Positions 38,669 through 48,104 of a DNA stretch of 64,000 bases are shown here, one piece after another. The position numbers and the translations under genes are program-made. This DNA is from Minisyncoccota bacterium (GTDB lineage: Bacteria > Patescibacteriota > Minisyncoccia > Phycocordibacterales > UBA6065): NCBI GenBank assembly GCA_035438745.1, contig DAORIX010000001.1, forward strand, positions 3,075 through 67,074, written 5' to 3'. Positions within the stretch are counted from its first letter, which is position 1, and the number at the start of each line of letters is the position of its first letter. Below the pieces are notes generated by a model. It had not been told where the DNA came from. It was given only the letters and a program-made list of their open reading frames with translations, and searched no databases.

Positions 38669-39538
38669 ATGGCCAAAGTTTTTATCGGTATGCCTGTATA
38701 TAATGGTGAGCACTTCCTAAAAGAAGCCCTCGACTCTCTGTGTTCGCAGACATATTCTAATTGGAATATGCATATCTCTGATGATGGTTCCACCGACTCT
38801 ACCGAAGCGATTTGTCGCCTCTATGTAGAAAAAGACAAACGTATAACCTACTACCGCCAGCCAAAAAATATCGGTATGTTTGAGAATTTTAAATACACCC
38901 TAGAGAAATCAAACTCGGAATATTTTATGTGGGCAGCCCAAGATGATCTCTGGGAAAAAACATTTCTTGAAACATGCGTCTCGATTCTCGACAATGATAC
39001 TCGCGTTGGACTTGCCGGAACCACAATCGCTGAAATAGACTCTTATGGAAGAACCGCTCGTGAACTACTCTCACTGGAAAAACTTTCTGGTAAACCAAGT
39101 GTAAAAACAATTACCCACTACGTTCTCGAACCAGAAATACTTGGAAGGTGTAACATTATGTATGGCCTCTGGAGAACCGCCGCCATAAAAGAAACATGGA
39201 AAGCGTATCCCCAACGATCTGTCTGGGGACAGGACTACATGTTTGTACTGGCAGGTATTTCGCGTTTTGGCGTAAAGATTGATAACAAGACACTATTCAA
39301 AAAAAGACTTGGTGGATACTCGAGTCCCGATGCGACAAAAAATGACGCGCCCGGAGAGACACAAAAACGTACCATTACCAACCCCAAAGACTATATTTTC
39401 CCCCTTGGAAGGTTTAATGTTTACTTTAAGGGCCACATGGAAGCGTTACGAGGTACGCCCTATCAACCTCTCGCTGCAGTACTCTTATTAGCAAGGCTCC
39501 CTCGGGCATTATGGAATCATTTTAAACAAACACCATGA
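38669..39538 (+). CDS. family 2 glycosyltransferase
   Basis: IGMPVYNGEHFLKEALDSLCSQTY..ISDDGSTD GT-A N-terminus and DxD region. Confidence 0.8.
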   Translation: MAKVFIGMPVYNGEHFLKEALDSLCSQTYSNWNMHISDDGSTDSTEAICRLYVEKDKRITYYRQPKNIGMFENFKYTLEKSNSEYFMWAAQDDLWEKTFLETCVSILDNDTRVGLAGTTIAEIDSYGRTARELLSLEKLSGKPSVKTITHYVLEPEILGRCNIMYGLWRTAAIKETWKAYPQRSVWGQDYMFVLAGISRFGVKIDNKTLFKKRLGGYSSPDATKNDAPGETQKRTITNPKDYIFPLGRFNVYFKGHMEALRGTPYQPLAAVLLLARLPRALWNHFKQTP

Positions 39539-40419
39539 TCATCGTAAAACTTTCAGGCGGTTTAGGAAATCAACTCTTTCAATATGCCTTCGCACGTGCT
39601 GTATCAAAAAAACTCAATACAGATTTTAAGCTTGATGCGACACCTTTTGAGACGTACTACAAACTCCACAAATATGCACTCAATCACTTTAATCTTACTG
39701 AAAAATTAGCGAAAAGAAGCGATATGTTTGGTTTTGTTTGGATACGAGAACGTCACAAATTTTTTGACACTTTTTATAGATACCTCCGACTCAAAAGCAA
39801 ACTTATGCCTTTTTACTATCCTGAGCAACGATTTGATTTTGATCCCAATGTGTTTAAAAAAGACAACATGTACTTTGACGGCTTTTGGCAAACAGAAAAA
39901 TATTTCAAAAATATCGAGAACGAACTCAAAGAAGAAATGACTCTCAAAAAGCCACTTTCTCCGTATAGTCAGTCTGTACTCGATCAAATACAAAAAACCA
40001 ATGCTGTTTGCCTCCACATACGACGTGGCGACTATGTCACCAATGCAAGCACGAACGCAGTTCACGGTACCTGTTCACTTGAATACTACGAACGCGCCAT
40101 CAAATACATATCCGAGAAAGTAGACTCTCCTCATTTTTTTATATTCTCAGATGATTATCCTTGGGCGGTAGAGAATTTTAAAAATCGACCCTACCCTGTT
40201 ACGTGTATTTCAAATGGTGCTGACAAAAACTACGAAGACCTGACTTTAATGTCTCACTGTAAACACTTCATCATCGCCAATTCAAGCTTTAGTTGGTGGG
40301 GTGCATGGCTTTCAAGAAACACAGACAAAATTGTAATTGGTCCAAAAGAGTGGTTTAAAAGCAAAAAAACAACGGTCAGCACTGATGACGTGATTCCTTC
40401 CTCGTGGATAAAAATGTAA
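39535..40419 (+). CDS. GT11 alpha-1,2-fucosyltransferase family protein
   Basis: GT11 motif I GGLGNQLFQYAFARA and motif II HIRRGDY, plus the C-terminal NSSFSWWGAWL block. Confidence 0.8.
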   Translation: MIIVKLSGGLGNQLFQYAFARAVSKKLNTDFKLDATPFETYYKLHKYALNHFNLTEKLAKRSDMFGFVWIRERHKFFDTFYRYLRLKSKLMPFYYPEQRFDFDPNVFKKDNMYFDGFWQTEKYFKNIENELKEEMTLKKPLSPYSQSVLDQIQKTNAVCLHIRRGDYVTNASTNAVHGTCSLEYYERAIKYISEKVDSPHFFIFSDDYPWAVENFKNRPYPVTCISNGADKNYEDLTLMSHCKHFIIANSSFSWWGAWLSRNTDKIVIGPKEWFKSKKTTVSTDDVIPSSWIKM

Positions 40420-40423
40420 ACAT

Positions 40424-42175
40424 ATGTGTGGAATACTCGCTATAACAGGGAAAAATACAAAAAAAATCGAGGATACAACTATCTCGAGCATGCTTTCTAC
40501 TCTCTCAAAACGAGGTCCTGATGAAAGTAGTTTCGAAAGAATAGGTCCTACGGTTCTTGGCCAAACAAGACTTGCTATCGTTGATCTCTCCGGTGGGCAC
40601 CAACCCATGCGTGACAACAAAGACAATCTTACACTCGTATTTAACGGTGAAATATATGGATATAAAGAAACTCGTGAAATCCTAGAGAAACGAGGTCATG
40701 TATTCTCAACTCACTCTGACACCGAAGTTATTCTCAAGGCATATTCAGAGTATGGAAAAGACTGTGTACTTCATCTCGATGGTATGTTTGCTTTTGCATT
40801 ATGGGACGAAACAAAACAAGAGCTTTTCGTGGCACGCGATCGTTTTGGCAAAAAACCCCTGTACTACACCTCTGTCGACCAGACCTTTTTTGCCGCTTCT
40901 GAAATAAAAACACTCTTTGCGACAGGGATTATTAAAGGAGAAATCGATCCTTCTGCACTCGATGACTATTTGCGTCTTATGTACATCCCTTCATACAAAA
41001 GTATCTATAAAAACATCGGGGTACTTCCCCCTGCACATGCGGGTATTGTTAAAAACGGCGCACTTGAAACATGGCAATACTGGAAATTAGAAAAAGCACC
41101 GTGTGAGGACTCCTACGAAGAAGCTAAAACAAAAATAAAAAAACTATTCAGTGATGCAGTAAAAAAAAGAATGGTCGCCGATGTTGAAGTTGGCTCACTC
41201 CTCTCAGGTGGAGTTGATTCGACAATCGTAACCCACGAGGCGCAAAAATACATGAATCGACCTATAAAAACTTTTGCGGTCGGGTACGGCACACACAAAA
41301 ACGAGCTCCCTTTTGCGAAAATTGCATCAGAAAAAATAGGCAGTGACCACTACACCCTCACTACTGAAGATTTTAATATGGAAGGTTTCCTTGAGGTTGT
41401 TGCGTACTTTGACGAACCCCATGCTGACTCATCGAACTACCCGCAGTCCTTTGTTTCAAAACTCGCTTCTTCAAAAGTGAAAGTCGCGCTTTCCGGTGAT
41501 GGCGCGGATGAATTTTTTATGGGTTATGGTTGGTACCAAAAGTACTGGCACACCCCTCTCCTTAAAAAAATATTCACCACTCCTTGGAGATCCTATACAG
41601 ACGTGATCGAAGTCTTCAAAACAAAAGACAGAAAAGGGCTTCTTGGTGCACAGAAAAACAACAAGGCTTTTGAAAAAAACGCTCTCAAAAACGCAAAAAA
41701 CAACACCGAAAAAATAAATGATTTTGACATACACATATACCTTCCTGGACAGCTACTATCAAAAGTAGACCGAACAAGCATGATGCACTCCTTGGAAATC
41801 AGATCCCCTTTTCTAGATACAAAACTTGCAGAATATGTCTACAATCTCCCTACTGCTTTTAAAATATCTAAAAATGCAAATAAAATAATACTCAAAGACA
41901 TCCTGTCTGAAACCTTTCCGAAAGATTTTGTTTACAGAAGGAAACAAGGCTTTGGTGCACCGATAGGAGCATGGCTCTCAAAAGAAGATCTACAAAAAAA
42001 ACTTGCCGAGATATTTAGTAACCAAAAACACCCGATGTTTAGTTATATAAAGTACGACAAAGCCTTACAAATCAAAGAAAAGGCTTTTCAGAATATGAAA
42101 ACATATGCCCCTCGATTGTGGTCATTGTTTTGTCTCGCTCTGTGGTTCGAACAACATCACAAACACCATGAATAA
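40424..42175 (+). CDS. asparagine synthase (glutamine-hydrolysing)-like amidotransferase
   Basis: N-terminal MCGI Ntn-glutaminase nucleophile; PP-loop SGGVDS in the synthetase domain; 583 aa. Confidence 0.8.
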   Translation: MCGILAITGKNTKKIEDTTISSMLSTLSKRGPDESSFERIGPTVLGQTRLAIVDLSGGHQPMRDNKDNLTLVFNGEIYGYKETREILEKRGHVFSTHSDTEVILKAYSEYGKDCVLHLDGMFAFALWDETKQELFVARDRFGKKPLYYTSVDQTFFAASEIKTLFATGIIKGEIDPSALDDYLRLMYIPSYKSIYKNIGVLPPAHAGIVKNGALETWQYWKLEKAPCEDSYEEAKTKIKKLFSDAVKKRMVADVEVGSLLSGGVDSTIVTHEAQKYMNRPIKTFAVGYGTHKNELPFAKIASEKIGSDHYTLTTEDFNMEGFLEVVAYFDEPHADSSNYPQSFVSKLASSKVKVALSGDGADEFFMGYGWYQKYWHTPLLKKIFTTPWRSYTDVIEVFKTKDRKGLLGAQKNNKAFEKNALKNAKNNTEKINDFDIHIYLPGQLLSKVDRTSMMHSLEIRSPFLDTKLAEYVYNLPTAFKISKNANKIILKDILSETFPKDFVYRRKQGFGAPIGAWLSKEDLQKKLAEIFSNQKHPMFSYIKYDKALQIKEKAFQNMKTYAPRLWSLFCLALWFEQHHKHHE

Positions 42176-43319
42176 ACTCACGTCGTACTACTGGGCATAT
42201 AGGAACAAGGTATCCAACAAAGTTTTTGGAAGAGCTTTTTTGCCAGCACAAGGTCAAAAAAAAGGAAGTGTCCTCCTGTCTTACCTAACGGAACCTTTCA
42301 CACATACACCCAAAGAAGGTTTTTCCAATCTACACACATCAGATTTTGAATGCTTTGAGATCGCAAGATTGTTCACGGCGCGAGGATATGATGTTGACAT
42401 CATACACTTTAGCGACACCTCTTTTGTCCCACAAAAACCATATAACGTATGTGTTGATATACACCAAAACCTCGCGAGAATTTCAAATCTGCTTCCAAAA
42501 GACTGTAAAAAAGTTCTCCATATTGTTGGGTCGTTTTGGAAATTTCAAAACAATGCCGAACTCCAAAGATTAGAAAATCTTGAAAAAAGAAAAGGGGTTA
42601 GACTACAGCCCAAAAGAACATCCCCTCCATCAAACAACCTAGAGTACGCGGACTTCATAGAAGGTTTTGGTAATAAACAGGTTCGTGATACATACAAACA
42701 CTCGAACAAGCCCATATTCCACATACCCATATCTGCAGTACAGACTTTTGATTTTCCTGAAAACAAAAATTGGGAAAATGCAAAGAAACACTTCCTTTGG
42801 TTTGGAGGCGGAGGTGCAGTACACAAAGGTCTCGATATGGTTCTGGAAGCTTTCGCAAGTACGCCAGAATTACATCTCCACATATGCGGACCACTGTTGG
42901 CAGAAAAAGACTTTATCGAGGTGTACAAAAAAGAACTTTTTGAAACTCCAAATATAAAAATATACGGGAGAATTGACCCTACAACTGCGGAATTTAAAAA
43001 CATTGCAGACATGTGCGCATCGACCATTCACCTATCGTCATCAGAAGGAACATCGGGTGCAGTAATCCAAGCAATGCACGCGGGACTCGTACCCATCATC
43101 ACTCCCGAAACAGGAATCGATCCTGACGCGGGAGGTATTATACTTGAAAACCCCACGCCCGAACTCATCAAAAAAACAATTACAGAATTTTCTCTGTCCC
43201 CTACTCAAGAGATAGAATCCCTGGCTCGTAAAGCCTGGAACTTTGTAGCGCAAAACCACACCCGAGAGAATTTTAGCAAAAAATATAGTGAGTTTATCGA
43301 TACAATCCTAAAACTATAA
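42168..43319 (+). CDS. GT4 (Glycos_transf_1 type) glycosyltransferase
   Basis: C-terminal retaining-GT-B donor domain (FLWFGGGGAVHKGLDMVLEAF..., E..G..IQAMHAG). Start at MNKLTSYYW (42168) overlaps the asnB-like stop. Confidence 0.7.
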   Translation: MNKLTSYYWAYRNKVSNKVFGRAFLPAQGQKKGSVLLSYLTEPFTHTPKEGFSNLHTSDFECFEIARLFTARGYDVDIIHFSDTSFVPQKPYNVCVDIHQNLARISNLLPKDCKKVLHIVGSFWKFQNNAELQRLENLEKRKGVRLQPKRTSPPSNNLEYADFIEGFGNKQVRDTYKHSNKPIFHIPISAVQTFDFPENKNWENAKKHFLWFGGGGAVHKGLDMVLEAFASTPELHLHICGPLLAEKDFIEVYKKELFETPNIKIYGRIDPTTAEFKNIADMCASTIHLSSSEGTSGAVIQAMHAGLVPIITPETGIDPDAGGIILENPTPELIKKTITEFSLSPTQEIESLARKAWNFVAQNHTRENFSKKYSEFIDTILKL

Positions 43320-43324
43320 TACCC

Positions 43325-44173
43325 ATGGAAAAGCCTCTCATCTCAGTCATTATTCCGGCTCATAATTCCGCGTCAACAATACAGGACGCTCTTTTCTCAA
43401 TGACGCATCAAACGTACAAAAATATTGAGATTTTGGTTATTGATGACATGAGTACCGACAATACACAGAGTATTGTCCAGAAACTTTCAGAATCTGACCC
43501 GAGAATACACTACTACAAACTTCCACACGATGACCCGGAGAGAATTAACAAGAGAGGCAGAAATATCAATGCTGGGTACATGGCTCGTAACTATGGTTTT
43601 GAAAAAGCACAAGGCGACTATATAACTTTTCAAGATGCAGACGACGCCTCCTTTAATAATCGTATAGAAGTACAATATGACCTACTCACAAAACACAACG
43701 CCACCCACGTTGTTCTCGATTGGCAAAAATTTGATGTAAGCCTTCTCAACAAAAAATTTGACGCTCGTACTTTTTTAGAAAACAACCCTCACATACTTAC
43801 ACCCCAAGAGCTCGAAAAACTTGCGAAGAAAACACGAGGTCTCATCCACTTGTTTCCAAAGATATCCAAAAAAATTGATTTTGAAAAAAAACGTATAAAA
43901 ATTATTAATAAACTATTCTTTCGCTCACTACAACCCTACCCAGGAACAGGAAACTCTCCCCTGTTTAAACGTGAGGTGATGGGAACCGTTCAATTCCGAA
44001 AGCTTGCTGAAAGGATATGGCCATCATTTACAGGACGAGGTGCTGACCGGGATTTCAATTTTCAAGTAGCACTTACTTTTAAAAATAGCTACGTATTTAA
44101 ATTACCTTTATACTTATGGAGATCAGAGCAACAAAACCCTGACTACAAAAACGTAAGCACCTACATACTCTAA
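43325..44173 (+). CDS. family 2 glycosyltransferase
   Basis: ISVIIPAHNSASTIQDALFSMTHQTY..VIDDMSTD, QDADD DxD motif. Confidence 0.75.
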   Translation: MEKPLISVIIPAHNSASTIQDALFSMTHQTYKNIEILVIDDMSTDNTQSIVQKLSESDPRIHYYKLPHDDPERINKRGRNINAGYMARNYGFEKAQGDYITFQDADDASFNNRIEVQYDLLTKHNATHVVLDWQKFDVSLLNKKFDARTFLENNPHILTPQELEKLAKKTRGLIHLFPKISKKIDFEKKRIKIINKLFFRSLQPYPGTGNSPLFKREVMGTVQFRKLAERIWPSFTGRGADRDFNFQVALTFKNSYVFKLPLYLWRSEQQNPDYKNVSTYIL

Positions 44174-44183
44174 ATCAAAAAAC

Positions 44184-45395
44184 ATGAAAATAGCACTTGT
44201 TATCTGGGAATTAAACCTCAAAGGCGGAACTCAAAGACTTGCACTTGAACTCGCAAACGAGTTACAGAACCTTGGAAATACAGTTGACGTATATTGCTAC
44301 TATTACGACAACAAACAAGGATATGCTGATCTGTGTAAAAAAGTTCCTATATACTCCGTACAACCTTTGGAAATAAAAAAAGATACGAACAAAAAAAAGA
44401 CGCTCTTTTCAAAGCTTTGGTATTTTCCTGGTATCTACTTAAAGCTCATCAAGAATCTCTTTGTTGCAGAAAAAAACATACAAGAACTGGCACACCTTAT
44501 AAAAAAAACAAAAGGTATCTCATATTACGACGCCATAAATGTTCACGACTACACCGCTTACCGAATAGCACGACTCATAAAACATAAAAATATTGTATGG
44601 ACAATGAATGACGTACAACGCCCTCCTCTCACCGGAAAGAGCCGGCTTCACAACACTCTCTTTAACTTTCTTCAAAAAATCGTTGCTACGTACGAGATAA
44701 AAAACATAAAAAAAATTGTTGTTTTAGACAAAAGGAATGTTGCGCTGGCAAAATCATATTACAATCGAGACTCGATAATTGTACGAGGTGGTATGGATCT
44801 TGATATGTTCAAAAACATCACAATAGAAAAGGTTTTTAAAAAAGACCGCTATCAACTCTTTCTCTCAAGTATCTTTTTCCCCTGGAGAAGATTCGAAGAC
44901 GTTGTTGATGCGGTCGAGATACTCAAACACAAAGGCTATACAAACTTTAACGTACATATAAACGGCATTACGGACAGGGCTCCCTCTTATTACCTTTCAA
45001 TAGTTGATCGAATAGCGAAAAAGAATGTAGGAGATTATATACATATAACAACGGGACTAAGCGAGCCTGAGCTCATACAAGCATATGCAAAAACAGATAT
45101 TTTTATATTCCCAAACCACAATCAAACGTGGGGTCTTGCAGTGTTTGAAGCTATGCTTGCTGGGTGCGCAACCATTGTAAGTAAAACGAGTGGCGCCTCA
45201 GAAATACTTACTGATAATGAAAATGCACTCCTCGTAAACCCAAAAAGCCCCGAGGAAATAGCGGAAAAAATAGCCCTACTTCTAGATGATCCGAAAAAAT
45301 TAGAATCGATTTCAAAAAATGGAATTGAATTCGTCAGAAAAAACCTCTCATGGAAAAGATATGCACAGGAAATGGCTCAGGTACTTAAACCATAA
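44184..45395 (+). CDS. GT4 glycosyltransferase
   Basis: GT-B layout with C-terminal EAMLAGCATIVSKTSGASEIL donor-binding block. Confidence 0.75.
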   Translation: MKIALVIWELNLKGGTQRLALELANELQNLGNTVDVYCYYYDNKQGYADLCKKVPIYSVQPLEIKKDTNKKKTLFSKLWYFPGIYLKLIKNLFVAEKNIQELAHLIKKTKGISYYDAINVHDYTAYRIARLIKHKNIVWTMNDVQRPPLTGKSRLHNTLFNFLQKIVATYEIKNIKKIVVLDKRNVALAKSYYNRDSIIVRGGMDLDMFKNITIEKVFKKDRYQLFLSSIFFPWRRFEDVVDAVEILKHKGYTNFNVHINGITDRAPSYYLSIVDRIAKKNVGDYIHITTGLSEPELIQAYAKTDIFIFPNHNQTWGLAVFEAMLAGCATIVSKTSGASEILTDNENALLVNPKSPEEIAEKIALLLDDPKKLESISKNGIEFVRKNLSWKRYAQEMAQVLKP

Positions 45396-45397
45396 AA

Positions 45398-46237
45398 ATG
45401 AAAATCTCCATTGTCACCCCGGCATATAATATGGAAAAGTTTATCTCTCACACCATAGAGAGCGTACTACGCCAGCGTGGTGATTTTGATCTAGAGTATA
45501 TTGTTGTAAACGATGGTTCAACCGACAAAACTGAAGAGATTATCAAAGGGTATCAAAACAAGCTCGACTCAAAAGAACTTAAACCGCTCTGCTCTTCACT
45601 ATCTCTTAAATATCACTACCAGACAAACAAAGGTATGTACGCTGCCATTAACAAAGGATTCTCGCTGGCAACAGGAGAAATCTTCGCGTGGCTAGGTGGA
45701 GACGACCTTTATTCTCCCGACACATCACTTGATACTGTCGCTACGTGGTTTACAAAAAACCCCACCGGTCTCTGGTTAAAAGGCATTTGCAGTTTTATAG
45801 ACGAACAAGGAAAAGAAATAAAAAAAGGAGTCCTAAAAACATACAACAGGGACTGGCTACAAAAAGGCATCTACGGAAGAGAAACATACTTTGTTGAACA
45901 AGAGAGTACCTTTTGGAGAAAAGAACTATGGGACAAGGTCTCACCGATCCCAGAAAACCTCAGATCAGCTGGAGACTACTGGCTCGGTATACAATTCGCT
46001 AAGCATGCACAACTTCATTCTATTCCAGCACATGTAACCTATTTCAGAATTCGCCCTGGACAAATAAGCTCACAAAATACAAAGTATAGAGATGAACAAA
46101 AAATAATTATGCCGAAAAGGAGCATGACGGCCTACAAAATGAGAGTCTTGTCTATACTCTACAATAAACTTCGCATAACCAACCCTCTTAAATACATACT
46201 TTTTAAATGTATGTTTCCTACCAAAAAACCTTTCTAA
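45398..46237 (+). CDS. family 2 glycosyltransferase
   Basis: ISIVTPAYNMEKFISHTIESVLRQ..VVNDGSTD and GGDDL motifs. Confidence 0.75.
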   Translation: MKISIVTPAYNMEKFISHTIESVLRQRGDFDLEYIVVNDGSTDKTEEIIKGYQNKLDSKELKPLCSSLSLKYHYQTNKGMYAAINKGFSLATGEIFAWLGGDDLYSPDTSLDTVATWFTKNPTGLWLKGICSFIDEQGKEIKKGVLKTYNRDWLQKGIYGRETYFVEQESTFWRKELWDKVSPIPENLRSAGDYWLGIQFAKHAQLHSIPAHVTYFRIRPGQISSQNTKYRDEQKIIMPKRSMTAYKMRVLSILYNKLRITNPLKYILFKCMFPTKKPF

Positions 46238-46242
46238 CCAAA

Positions 46243-47007
46243 ATGAAACAGAAACTTAAAACAATTCCCCTCTTGAAATATCTTGTGGTTGTCGCAAGGG
46301 TTTTCATAATTAAACCTAATTTTCTAAAACGAACATATGCACTTGCTGTATTTCTCAGTGATTACAGAAAGTACAAAAAACTTGAAAAAAATAATACGTA
46401 CCTCTTACAAACAACAGACCTTTTTCCCCGAATATACGACAAGACGGCGAACACTGATGTAGATCCTGTGTACTACCTCCAAGGATGTTGGTGTGCAAAG
46501 AAAATATTTGAAAACAAGCCCACTCGGCACTACGATATAGCCTCTCAAGCTCTTATGGTGGGTATTATCTCTCAATACGTACCAACAACAATGATTGATA
46601 TACGCCCTCTCTCAGTAACCCTACCTGAGCTCTCATTTATAAAGGGAGACATAACACATCTCCCTTTTAAGGACGGAGAAATATCGTCTGTCTCATCGAT
46701 ATGCGTTATTGAACACATAGGACTTGGACGCTATGGTGACCCTCTTGATCAGTTTGGTACCGAAAAAGCGGCACATGAACTTACTCGGATTTTAGCTAAA
46801 AACGGAAACCTCTATATTTCTGTACCCGTAGATAGTATTAATAAAACATACTTCAATGCACACCGGGCATTCACCAGAGAGTATGTGCTTTCCTTGTTTA
46901 AAAACCTACATCTCAAGGAAGAAAAGTACATCTATGGAAAAGAAATACATACATCGTATGATCCACGCAAAGGGTTCGGAACAGGCCTCTATCACTTCAG
47001 CAAATAA
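46243..47007 (+). CDS. class I SAM-dependent methyltransferase (DUF268-like)
   Basis: DIRPL..GDITHLPFKDGEISSVSSICVIEHIGLGRYGDP..NGNLYISVPV block; start at MKQKLK avoids overlap with the upstream GT2. Confidence 0.6.
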   Translation: MKQKLKTIPLLKYLVVVARVFIIKPNFLKRTYALAVFLSDYRKYKKLEKNNTYLLQTTDLFPRIYDKTANTDVDPVYYLQGCWCAKKIFENKPTRHYDIASQALMVGIISQYVPTTMIDIRPLSVTLPELSFIKGDITHLPFKDGEISSVSSICVIEHIGLGRYGDPLDQFGTEKAAHELTRILAKNGNLYISVPVDSINKTYFNAHRAFTREYVLSLFKNLHLKEEKYIYGKEIHTSYDPRKGFGTGLYHFSK

Positions 47008-47011
47008 TCAC

Positions 47012-47932
47012 ATGAAAAAAGTCATCATACTTAAAAACGGAGGTGGTGAACTTGCAAATCAATTATGGAACTACATAAGCATCTATGCGTATGGCATCGA
47101 AAAAAATAGATCCATAAAAAATCCTTCTTTTTTTGAATACCACTCGTATTTCAACTTCATAAAAGACGAGAGTGTTCTGACAAAATTCTTTTCTTTTTGG
47201 TTCAAAAATTTCTCAGGAAGACGCAGCAGCTTTCGTAGCCAACTATGGCGAAAGGTATATATTCTCTACGTATACACGCTGACTTTGTTCAACAAAAAAA
47301 ACACCATTTCTTCTGAAAACACAAAAGGAGAAAAAGTATACCTCTCGCCAACACAGGAATCTGTACCCGATGAAAACATCCAGACGCTCTACTTTACGGG
47401 GTGGCTCTTTAGAAACCCGCTCGGATTAGAAAAACATAGACAAAATATTGTGAAGGCATTTGCACCGGAAGAATCTATCACAAAAAAAGTAACTTCGATT
47501 ATACGCGACATAGACAATCGCTATGGAACAATAATCGGTGTACATATCCGCCAAGCAGATTACGCGTTCTTTAAAGATGGCAAATACTTACTGACCCAAG
47601 AAAGGGTACGAAAAGTTATTGACGAATATTGTGTGGCAAAAAATATACAAGTAGACAAAACCCTTTTTCTTATTACATCAGATGGACCCGTGCAAGAAAA
47701 TATATTTAAAGGACTCAACATTCATATCTCCAAAGAAAAAGCAGTGATTGATCTTTTCCTTCTCTCAAGTTGTGATGAAATTCTAGGTTCAGATTCGAGT
47801 TTTGGCGCCTTTGCCTCATGGTACGGCAACATACCCCACATCATCATGACAAAAGAAAACATGGACTGGGAATACTACAAAGACAAAACTACCTTCTTCC
47901 AAAATAAATACTCGACACTCGCCCATTACTAA
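47012..47932 (+). CDS. second GT11-like (alpha-1,2-fucosyltransferase family) glycosyltransferase, divergent
   Basis: Motif I variant KNGGGELANQLWNY and motif II variant HIRQADY with C-terminal SDSSFGAFASWYG. Start at 47012; the upstream 156 nt of the ORF-track call overlaps the MT gene. Confidence 0.6.
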   Translation: MKKVIILKNGGGELANQLWNYISIYAYGIEKNRSIKNPSFFEYHSYFNFIKDESVLTKFFSFWFKNFSGRRSSFRSQLWRKVYILYVYTLTLFNKKNTISSENTKGEKVYLSPTQESVPDENIQTLYFTGWLFRNPLGLEKHRQNIVKAFAPEESITKKVTSIIRDIDNRYGTIIGVHIRQADYAFFKDGKYLLTQERVRKVIDEYCVAKNIQVDKTLFLITSDGPVQENIFKGLNIHISKEKAVIDLFLLSSCDEILGSDSSFGAFASWYGNIPHIIMTKENMDWEYYKDKTTFFQNKYSTLAHY

Positions 47933-47934
47933 AA

Positions 47935-48070
47935 ACACACACATAGGCATTTTTAGGGCTTTTTGAAGCAAAAGGTAGAATCCCTGTGCAGCGGAGTAAC
48001 AAAAGCCCCCTAAAGGGCCATTATAAGCCTCAGAAGAGCCGTGGAAAGAGCCTAGGGGATTTACACCGAT
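47935..48070 (+). other. 136-nt structured intergenic segment between convergent genes (candidate 3'UTR element or small RNA)
   Basis: Imperfect long-range pairing tagggctttt / aaaagcccccta enclosing about 40 nt, several GC-rich local stems, followed immediately by a strong terminator. Confidence 0.2.
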
Positions 48071-48104
48071 AAAAACACCCGTACATACGGGTGTTTTTAT
48101 TTTA
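48071..48104. terminator. bidirectional rho-independent terminator between the plus-strand glycan operon and the convergent GME gene
   Basis: aaaaacacccgta-cata-cgggtgttttt with T-run on both strands. Confidence 0.6.
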
